NCBI GenBank assembly: GCA_036826375.1
Contig: DAISWL010000002.1
Span: forward strand, 107,499 to 171,498
Source of the DNA: Candidatus Saccharimonadota bacterium
GTDB taxonomy: Bacteria; Patescibacteriota; Saccharimonadia; Saccharimonadales; HK-STAS-PATE-42
DNA length: 64,000 nt
Reading direction: 5' to 3'
Below, one piece after another: positions 56,792 through 64,000 of the stretch (positions are counted from its first letter, which is position 1; each line of letters opens with the position of its first letter). The notes under the pieces are model-generated. The model was not told where the DNA came from, ran no database searches, and worked only from the letters and a program-made list of their open reading frames with translations. Both the position numbers and the translations under genes were made by a program.

Positions 56792-56944
56792 TAAGCTTAA
56801 TTATAGCGCAGAAAGGCATAACTTTAAATTCAAAGCTTAATTAAATATGCAGCTACTATAACTAAGATTGATGCTAGCACTTTTAAGACTAGATGAGATT
56901 CAATAACAAATCCTTCTAATTGAACTTTATGCTAAAATAACAAT

Positions 56945-58336
56945 ATGAAAATTATATCTACAAGCCCTGCAAATAACTATAAAACCATTGGTGAAGTTGA
57001 TGTATCAACTAGGGAAGAGGTAGAGGCAAGAGTTCAGGCTGCTCAAAATGCAAAGACCGCATGGAAAGAGCTGGGTGTTGTCGCTCGCATCAAACTATTA
57101 GAGCCGATACGAGACGAATTTGCCAAACGAACAGAAGAAATCGCTGAGTTAATTAGCCGAGAGATGGGCAAACCCATCACAGAAAGCAGATCCGAGGTTG
57201 ATCGTTATACAAACGGTGAATTAGCATGGTTCCTGGAGAATGGAGAAACTGCGCTTGCTGATGAGTCGACACTGGTTGATGATGAATCTGATCACTATAT
57301 TAGATACGAACCGTATGGTGTAGTCGCAGCGATTGCACCCTGGAATTTCCCGTTCGGCATGGCCATTTGGGGGATTTTCCCGAATTTAATTGCTGGCAAC
57401 ACAGTGGTATTTAAAGCTTCCGAAGAATGTCCACTGACAGGTAAATTAATCGAGGATATAATTAAAAATCATAATCTTCCCGAAGGTGTTTTTAGTGAAG
57501 TTTATGGTGCTGGCGATGTCGGCAAACAACTTGTGGAAGGCGATATTGATCTTATTTGGTTCACCGGCAGCACCAAAACTGGTAAGTCATTGTATAAAAC
57601 AGCTGCTGATAAATTCATCAAAGTTGTACTTGAAATGGGTGGATCGAACCCTTGTGTAGTATTCGACGATGTTGATGTTTCTGAAATAGCCCCTGTTATA
57701 TTCAGTGGACGTTTCCAAAACTGTGGTCAGGTCTGTTCATCCCTGAAAAGATTGATCGTTCATGAATCAGTTGCGGATGATCTGATAAAAGAATTAACGA
57801 AACTACTCGAGACAAAGACTATTGGGGACCCTCTCAGAGAAGACACTGATTTTAGCAGCCTCGTTGCGAAGCGTCAACAAATTCTTATCCAGGAACAACT
57901 TGATGATGCGTTGGGCAAGGGAGCAACCATCGCGGCTCAAAAAGATATTCCAAAGGACTTGGAGGGTGCATTTTTTGCACCAGCTCTTCTGACAAACGTC
58001 AGTAAAGATATGCGCGTTTGGAGGGAAGAAGTATTCGGGCCGATTTTCCCTGCTGTAACTTTCAGAACCGAAGAAGAAGCTGTCCAATTAGCAAATGACA
58101 CTCCGTACGGCCTAGGTGCTCGTGTTATATCCGGAGATAAGCATCGAGCTATGCGGGTGGCCTCAAAAATAGATGCCGGTTCAATTAGTATAAACCTCGA
58201 GGCTCGATTTGCTCCGCAAGATCCTTTTGGTGGGTTTAAAAATTCAGGCATGGGTCGTGAGCGGGGCATTCACGGTCTTCGTGAGTTGTGCCAGATAAAA
58301 GTTATTCACAGTAGGCAAGATTCAATAACTGTATAG
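56945..58336 (+). CDS. NAD(P)-dependent aldehyde dehydrogenase
   Basis: PWNFP, FTGSTKTG, LEMGGSNP (Glu), FQNCGQVCSS (Cys). Confidence 0.9.
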   Translation: MKIISTSPANNYKTIGEVDVSTREEVEARVQAAQNAKTAWKELGVVARIKLLEPIRDEFAKRTEEIAELISREMGKPITESRSEVDRYTNGELAWFLENGETALADESTLVDDESDHYIRYEPYGVVAAIAPWNFPFGMAIWGIFPNLIAGNTVVFKASEECPLTGKLIEDIIKNHNLPEGVFSEVYGAGDVGKQLVEGDIDLIWFTGSTKTGKSLYKTAADKFIKVVLEMGGSNPCVVFDDVDVSEIAPVIFSGRFQNCGQVCSSLKRLIVHESVADDLIKELTKLLETKTIGDPLREDTDFSSLVAKRQQILIQEQLDDALGKGATIAAQKDIPKDLEGAFFAPALLTNVSKDMRVWREEVFGPIFPAVTFRTEEEAVQLANDTPYGLGARVISGDKHRAMRVASKIDAGSISINLEARFAPQDPFGGFKNSGMGRERGIHGLRELCQIKVIHSRQDSITV

Positions 58337-58388
58337 AAATTCTGTCTATGTTAGCTATTTTAGAGCCCACCCCACTAGTCAGCGCTTC

Positions 58389-59705
58389 CTAAAACCCAAA
58401 CTCCTCGCTAATAATATCTTTAGATTTAAGTTTAAGGCTTTTTAGTTGTTTTTTAATGGCCTTCATCATTGGCGGTGGCCCGCAGAGATAAACCGATCTG
58501 GAATCTACATCTGGGCAAAAATCCTTAAGCTTAGATTGATCGCAGAACCCATCCCCTTCTTGGCTAGCGTAAAACTTAATATCGTCAGCAGGGAAAAGAT
58601 CCTCAAGCTCGGAGCGGAAAATGAAATCTGATTTAGTTTTCGCAAAGTACATAAGCTTAATATTTTCAGAGCTTTTTAGCATCTTTTTGCTAATTGCGAG
58701 AATTGGAGTGATGCCCACTCCCCCGGCAATCATCAAAACTTTTTTATGTCTGGCTGAATCGGATGTAAACTTACCGTAAGCTCCATCTATAATAACTTTG
58801 GTGCCAACTTTGAGTTGAGATTTAAGCTTAGCTGTGTAGGGCCCGCTGTTTTTAACTGTAACTCTGAGCGAGCTTCTTGATACATCTGAAAAGCTGAATG
58901 GATGCATCTCGTGCCACAAGCCCTTCTGTAAGAATATGAATTTAGCAAACTGACCCGGCTTAATATTAAGCTTTTGAGGATACTTAAACTTAAGGATGAA
59001 ACTGAAAGTATCGTGATTGTTAGGGAGGATTGATTCTACCTCAAACTTGAATTTATTAAAATTGAGATATGGCCTTAAAAATCTGTAATAAAAAACTAAG
59101 GAAAGACTTAATAAGAAGATGGCGACCCAATAAATTTTAGTTACCGGATTTTGCAATGTTGGGCCAATCTCTATCTGATGGCCGATGGCTAAAATAATCA
59201 CACCGTAGGTTAAGAGATGAGTTAAATACCAGTAGCGATATTGCATCGCCTTAAGCTTAAGTATGGCGGATGTGAAAATCACGGCTATCAATAACCAGAA
59301 GGCAATGAAGGCTTTGATCAAATCATCCCAAGTTAAAATTGCATTCTGATAAGATGCTAAAGTTTCGCTGATATTTCCATAATATAGCGATCCGATAAAC
59401 CCGCCAAGGTGAGTTATAACCAAACTGAAACTTAATATCCCAAACCACTTGTGAGCCTTGATAAGTTTATTAAGCCCAAAACAGTTCTCTAAGAAATTGG
59501 TTCTAGAAATTAAGATTAACTGAGTTAGCATACTAAACATAGCGAGTAGACCAGCTAATCTGCTAATCATTAAACTTAAGCTTTGAGGTGAGCTAAGGCT
59601 TAGCAATTTATCGCCGCCAGCGTTAAACCAGCTGATTATCACTACGCTTAGGTTTAATAGAAATACTAGATAGACTACGGCCTTATGGGATCGTTGAGAT
59701 TTCAT
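58389..59705 (-). CDS. Ferric-reductase-like membrane oxidoreductase (TM heme domain plus FAD and NAD binding domains)
   Basis: Six TM helices with His pairs, HPFSFS (FAD), GGVGITP (NAD). Confidence 0.8.
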   Translation of the reverse strand: MKSQRSHKAVVYLVFLLNLSVVIISWFNAGGDKLLSLSSPQSLSLMISRLAGLLAMFSMLTQLILISRTNFLENCFGLNKLIKAHKWFGILSFSLVITHLGGFIGSLYYGNISETLASYQNAILTWDDLIKAFIAFWLLIAVIFTSAILKLKAMQYRYWYLTHLLTYGVIILAIGHQIEIGPTLQNPVTKIYWVAIFLLSLSLVFYYRFLRPYLNFNKFKFEVESILPNNHDTFSFILKFKYPQKLNIKPGQFAKFIFLQKGLWHEMHPFSFSDVSRSSLRVTVKNSGPYTAKLKSQLKVGTKVIIDGAYGKFTSDSARHKKVLMIAGGVGITPILAISKKMLKSSENIKLMYFAKTKSDFIFRSELEDLFPADDIKFYASQEGDGFCDQSKLKDFCPDVDSRSVYLCGPPPMMKAIKKQLKSLKLKSKDIISEEFGF

Positions 59706-59721
59706 TTTTTTTAAAAGCTAC

Positions 59722-60888
59722 TTAAGAACCATTCTCTTCAATAGCACTTAGTAAACTATCCTCAGCATTTTTACGTTTTGGCGCTGATGTGGGTTTAGGT
59801 TCGATAGGAGTTTCAGTATCTGTAGTCGGATTCCCGCCAGATTCAATATCTATTTCGTAACCAGTTAGTTCTGATGCTAAACGTACATTCTGACCCGCCC
59901 TACCAATAGCTACCGAAAGTTGATCTTCGGGCACAACAACCTTCGCACGTTTAGTACCGTCTTGATCGGTGCTAAGCTTAACAGTAGTAACCCTAGTGGG
60001 GCTCAGGGCATTGATCATATAGGTTTCTTCATCTTCATCGTATGGGATGATATCAACCTTTTCTTGATCGCCAATCTCGTTGGTTACAGCTTGAACTCTA
60101 ACCCCGTGGCTACCGACGAAAGTTCCTACCGGATCAACCCCTGGAACGTTAGATTTAACTGCGATTTTAGATCTTGCACCAGCGCTTCTTGCTACCTTTA
60201 CTATTTCAACTGCACCATTTTCCATCTCGGGTACTTCTTGGGCGAAAAGATATTTGATGAACTCTGGATTGGATCTTGAAAGAACGATTTGAGGACCTCT
60301 TGGTCCTTCTTTTTCTACATCTTTTAGCAAAACTTTAATTCTAGAACCAATTGAGTAAAACTCTCCTCTGATTTGCTCGGAGGCAGGAAGAATACCAACG
60401 GCCTTGCCTAAATCAACCTTGACCATCCTTGGTTCTACTCTTTGAACGCTACCAGTAAGAACTTCGCCTACTCTACCTTCGTATTCATTAGCAATAATTT
60501 CTCTTTCTAGTTCTCTCAATTTATGGAGAATAACCTGCTTAGCGGTTTGAGCAGCTACCCTGCCGAAATCGCCAGGTATTTCTACATTAATGTGGATTAT
60601 ATCCCCGATTTTAGCTTTTTTATCGTATTCTTTTGCTTCATCTAAGCTTAATTGTGTAGCAAGATCTTCAACCTCATCGGTAACTTCTTTGTTGATCCAG
60701 ATCTTTAATCCCCCATCGTTTAAACTTAAGCTAGCGTGAGCATCGTTTCCTTTCTGACCGTAATCTCTACGCCAAGCGGCGGCCATGGCTTGCTCTACAA
60801 TTTGATGGATCTGCTCTTCGCTCAAGTTTTTCTCTTGAGCCAAAATTTTTACGGCTGCTACTAATTCTTTTACCTGTTCTGGTTGCAT
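59722..60888 (-). CDS. nusA: Transcription termination/antitermination factor NusA
   Basis: S1 domain GEVLTGSVQRVE and two KH domains (AIGRAGQNVRLASELTG). Confidence 0.95.
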   Translation of the reverse strand: MQPEQVKELVAAVKILAQEKNLSEEQIHQIVEQAMAAAWRRDYGQKGNDAHASLSLNDGGLKIWINKEVTDEVEDLATQLSLDEAKEYDKKAKIGDIIHINVEIPGDFGRVAAQTAKQVILHKLRELEREIIANEYEGRVGEVLTGSVQRVEPRMVKVDLGKAVGILPASEQIRGEFYSIGSRIKVLLKDVEKEGPRGPQIVLSRSNPEFIKYLFAQEVPEMENGAVEIVKVARSAGARSKIAVKSNVPGVDPVGTFVGSHGVRVQAVTNEIGDQEKVDIIPYDEDEETYMINALSPTRVTTVKLSTDQDGTKRAKVVVPEDQLSVAIGRAGQNVRLASELTGYEIDIESGGNPTTDTETPIEPKPTSAPKRKNAEDSLLSAIEENGS

Positions 60889-60948
60889 TTTTTCTCCTTG
60901 AATTTTTAAGTTTAAATGATTGTTCTGCGGAAAATTATCCTTAATTAT

Positions 60949-60974
60949 TAAAAAACCCGACCTTGGTGGCCGGC
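60949..60974 (-). terminator. Possible intrinsic terminator upstream of nusA
   Basis: On the minus strand: GCCGGCC-ACCAA-GGTCGGG followed by TTTTTT. One G-U pair and one mismatch. Confidence 0.35.
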
Positions 60975-61136
60975 TTCTAAATTAGATTTTAACACAGACC
61001 ACTAGGTTATTTCAATAAAATTAACAAACTAACTCATGGGAGTCGTACGCCTTAACCGGTATTATAAAAAAATGTAATAGATCTCGGTAGTGAGAAACTG
61101 GGCGTGGGATTCTCTCGTAAGTTGAGTTAATGCTAA

Positions 61137-61331
61137 TTAAATTTCTTTTTTACCGCGAAAACCTAAAATAGCTAAAACCGAACTGGCAATTAAGTTCACA
61201 ATCACCACGTTAATTATTGGTAGATCTTGATGAATCAAATACATAATTGCGCTACCTAGCCAAATAGTAGCAATTATACCTGCAGTATATGGGTATTTCA
61301 CAAATAATATTAAATCTTTCATTCCTGCCAT
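61137..61331 (-). CDS. Small two-TM membrane protein
   Basis: 64-aa hydrophobic ORF. Confidence 0.4.
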   Translation of the reverse strand: MAGMKDLILFVKYPYTAGIIATIWLGSAIMYLIHQDLPIINVVIVNLIASSVLAILGFRGKKEI

Positions 61332-61357
61332 TTTAAACTCCTTTATTCTTAAATTAA

Positions 61358-62968
61358 TTAACTATCTTTATTGGTTTCAACGATCTGTTCGGAAGGTTCA
61401 ATAACACCGGGGGCGGATTCTTCAATATGGTTTTTTTGCTCTTTTCTGGCCCTATTAAACTTTTCTAATAAAGCTGAGAATAAAACAGGGTCCCTATCGG
61501 CTATCCTCTCTAGCCAATTGCTCACCGTTTCCATAGCCTGGCTCAGAGTCATCGGTCTATCTCCAGCGTGTTCAAGTTCGGGGAATTGAGACCTAACCAC
61601 AGAAACAACCTGGGTTAATGTCACGGGTATAACTTTAGATCTCATACCTAAAGATTCCACAAGAGTTAGGTAGGTTTGTGCGGCCCTGACCATATCGGTA
61701 TCCTCAACCTTAAGAACAAAACCAAACTTGTTGCCCTTATTAACGATTTGGTTAACTAGAACTAGAAGATTCCCATTCTCCATAAAATCATCTAGTTGAA
61801 AATTGCCGCCCGTCTCAGTATCGAAAGTTTTAGAAACCATATTACCAAGCTGGTTATTTATGTCATCCTTTTGCTCCTTGGGTGGCAAACTAGAGTTGAT
61901 TTTATTTAAAGCCCTGTAGAGATCGTTCACGAAGAAACGCATAAAAGCCCCAAATAGATCTTTTATGTTCATCCCTCCGGAGAACATCTTTTCGTATTCT
62001 TTTAAAACGCCGAAGAAAGCTGCTTTATTTTTAGGAGTCCTCGCCCATATCCCAAAATCTATCAAAGCGATTCTATCGTCGGTCATCAGACGTATATTAC
62101 CAGGGTGAGGATCCCCCTGTAACCTTGGTATTCTGAAAGCATCTGCGAGATAGGCGACCCCCAGTGTCGTTAACTGGCTGGTAAGATCACTGTTCAACTT
62201 AAGCTTAACGTACTGCTCTAAGTCATAACCCTGATTTTGCAGATTCACTAGATGAGCGACACTCAATCCATCTATATATTCTTGGGTGATTATTTGTTCC
62301 GTGCACAACTCTAGGTAAGTTTCGGGTATAACTAGTTTCGGGTGGCTTTTGTAGTTTTCCCACATTTCGGCAGCAAAGTTGGCCTCGCCTATATAGTCGG
62401 TTTCTCGAGTAGTAGCAAGTGAGAAATCCTTCAGAGCATCTTTTAGGCTTAAATCCATATTGCTAGCTAGCAGGGCTGTGAATTGCCTAGTGAAAAATTT
62501 TATCAACCTTAAATCGTATTTTAACGTTTCCTTAATCATGGGCCGCAATACTTTAATAACAACAGGTTTACCCCCTTTAAGTTTTGCATAGTAAACTTGA
62601 CCAAAGCTGCCGGCAGCGAAAGATTCTGGGTTAATAACCTCAAAGTTATTGAGTTTATCCCCAAGCTCTTTTTCTAGCACAGATTTTAAATCTATATCTT
62701 CTAAATCTAGATTTTCAAATATTTTTAATTTATCCGGGTTCTGCCAGTTACGCATAACCTCACTGCGAAGCAGTACCCCTTGTAAAAATTTTACATAAAC
62801 GCCACCCATAAGAGTGAACTCATCGCAAACATAGGTGTATAAATCTTCCTTTTTACCGATCCTATTTAAATATATAGCCTTAGCAATAATCTTTACAATT
62901 TTATTGCGACGGTTCTTTTTGATAGATTTTATCAGTTGTTGATAATCTTTTCGAGACTGTTCTTTCAT
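61358..62968 (-). CDS. ABC1/UbiB/AarF-family atypical protein kinase
   Basis: FAAGSFGQVYYAKL..GKPVVIKVLRP, GDPHPGNI, IALIDFG. Confidence 0.85.
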   Translation of the reverse strand: MKEQSRKDYQQLIKSIKKNRRNKIVKIIAKAIYLNRIGKKEDLYTYVCDEFTLMGGVYVKFLQGVLLRSEVMRNWQNPDKLKIFENLDLEDIDLKSVLEKELGDKLNNFEVINPESFAAGSFGQVYYAKLKGGKPVVIKVLRPMIKETLKYDLRLIKFFTRQFTALLASNMDLSLKDALKDFSLATTRETDYIGEANFAAEMWENYKSHPKLVIPETYLELCTEQIITQEYIDGLSVAHLVNLQNQGYDLEQYVKLKLNSDLTSQLTTLGVAYLADAFRIPRLQGDPHPGNIRLMTDDRIALIDFGIWARTPKNKAAFFGVLKEYEKMFSGGMNIKDLFGAFMRFFVNDLYRALNKINSSLPPKEQKDDINNQLGNMVSKTFDTETGGNFQLDDFMENGNLLVLVNQIVNKGNKFGFVLKVEDTDMVRAAQTYLTLVESLGMRSKVIPVTLTQVVSVVRSQFPELEHAGDRPMTLSQAMETVSNWLERIADRDPVLFSALLEKFNRARKEQKNHIEESAPGVIEPSEQIVETNKDS

Positions 62969-63002
62969 GATTTTGGAAATAGCTCCTTCAAAACAGATTT
63001 AA

Positions 63003-63167
63003 TCACCTGCTTTTACCACCGAATCCTATAATAAACAGGACCACTGTAAAGAAAACTATCGCTACGTATAGCTTAAAAAGCTCAACTGGATCAGACATCG
63101 CAGCAGACATTAGTATGACAGCTAACCAAGTCATCAGAATGGTAACAAACACTGACATGTATTTCAT
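63003..63167 (-). CDS. Possible small two-TM membrane protein (54 aa, not in the ORF track)
   Basis: My own translation gives MKYMSVFVTILMTWLAVILMSAAMSDPVELFKLYVAIVFFTVVLFIIGFGGKSR*. No homology support. Confidence 0.3.
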   Translation of the reverse strand: MKYMSVFVTILMTWLAVILMSAAMSDPVELFKLYVAIVFFTVVLFIIGFGGKSR

Positions 63168-63239
63168 TTACATACAATTATAACACTAAAACTAGAATTT
63201 TTAAATACCCTGCCTTAGATGAGTGCCCATGAGGCTTCT

Positions 63240-64000
63240 TTAGCTAATCAATATTAAATAGAAAAACCATGCGATTACAATAATTATAATCATAATAGAC
63301 ACTATATCTATAAGCCCCAGCCTAGGTTCTCTAACGCCAGCAGCTTTAGCTTTGTTCGACTTCTCTATTTCGCCAAATTTGTAATCATGAGCTACGAATT
63401 CTTTTTCTTCAGCTATATTACGCTTAAAGGCGTAACCACCTTCAGTTATAGTCGCAACCATAGAGTAGCCCGAAGGCTTTTTATCGGCATTCCTGATAAT
63501 AATAGATTCAGCACTAAAAATCATATCAGTACCATTGTGTTCCGTCTCATTCTTTAGGCTTTCCCTAAACTCTTCGCGTTCGATAACCGTTTTAGGCATG
63601 GAGTTACCAACCTCAACCCGCGAAGACGTTAGTGTCTCATCATAGCCATCTTCTTCTATGTAGCCCTCGTTTATAAGCGAATTGTCCGTTATTTCAGCTC
63701 TCTCTTCCGCTTCTTTACTTGGATCTTGGTATAGAACATGTGCAATCTCTTTCCGAGAAAGATCTTCATCGAGATTGGTAGCCTTAATAGTCTTTTTTCT
63801 TCTGAGGTTAATCCCAAAACGAGTCTTTTTAATCTTTTTATCACCATCTTCAGTAGGTTCGGGGACCAACTCTAAATCGCTAGACGCATCATTGCTTATA
63901 CTGTCACGCGGACCAAGCGGTTTTTCTGGCGGGCTCTCTACGATTGGTGAGCTGATAGGCTTTTTGTGGATTTTAACTCCCGGTAGTATTATCGGCTTTT
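63240..64000 (-). CDS. Hypothetical protein with C-terminal TM anchor (5' end outside the window)
   Basis: The frame stays open upstream of the TTG at 63869 to the window edge (...KPIILPGVKIHKKPISSPIVESPPEKPLGPRD...). The C-terminal helix is IVSIMIIIIVIAWFFYLILI. Confidence 0.4.
   Translation of the reverse strand, partial: KPIILPGVKIHKKPISSPIVESPPEKPLGPRDSISNDASSDLELVPEPTEDGDKKIKKTRFGINLRRKKTIKATNLDEDLSRKEIAHVLYQDPSKEAEERAEITDNSLINEGYIEEDGYDETLTSSRVEVGNSMPKTVIEREEFRESLKNETEHNGTDMIFSAESIIIRNADKKPSGYSMVATITEGGYAFKRNIAEEKEFVAHDYKFGEIEKSNKAKAAGVREPRLGLIDIVSIMIIIIVIAWFFYLILIS

Overview
This is an AT-rich, gene-dense bacterial chromosome segment, mostly coded on the minus strand. The backbone is housekeeping: miaA, rnc, nusB, rpmF, leuS, a class A PBP, tyrS, clpP, hisS, nusG-secE, ligA, ruvA, pheT and nusA. 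It also carries cell-surface and type IV pilus genes (a sortase, an NHL/cadherin surface protein, a PilB/GspE ATPase). The gene content, the small proteins and the many in-frame insertions in essential enzymes suggest a small-genome, Gram-positive-like, possibly Patescibacteria/Saccharibacteria-like organism; that is inference only. No rRNA and no CRISPR array is present, and there is one tRNA, Trp-CCA.

Five signals stand out:
1. The palindromic word TAAGCTTA (extended TTAAGCTTAA) occurs about 69 times by hand count, in genes and between them. It is absent from two restriction-modification-carrying insertions. This resembles a DNA-uptake-signal-like genomic word.
2. A family of short hairpin elements (CCCCTCTCC-N4-6-GGAGAGGGG-CTGGGGGTGAGGTT) sits in frame inside miaA, ligA and pheT. 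Two longer inverted copies bracket a complete DUF559 endonuclease module inserted in frame in pheT.
3. pheT also carries an in-frame RBBP9/YdeN-type serine hydrolase domain, and leuS carries two extra segments.
4. Three accessory genes (a serpin, a fused type IIG restriction-modification enzyme, a PemK/MazF-like toxin) are each flanked by long direct repeats. The repeats around the restriction-modification gene are highly structured and are arranged like a cassette array.
5. A roughly 10 kb integrative element is inserted at the 3' end of tRNA-Trp. It encodes a large serine recombinase, an HUH Rep-like protein, a SpoVG-like protein and an HTH-Mod-Res type III restriction-modification module. 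One side holds an array of decayed tRNA 3'-end scars. The other side holds a 123-bp tandem repeat carrying tRNA 5' fragments.

All calls rest on reading the sequence and on family motifs recalled from memory. No searches were run.
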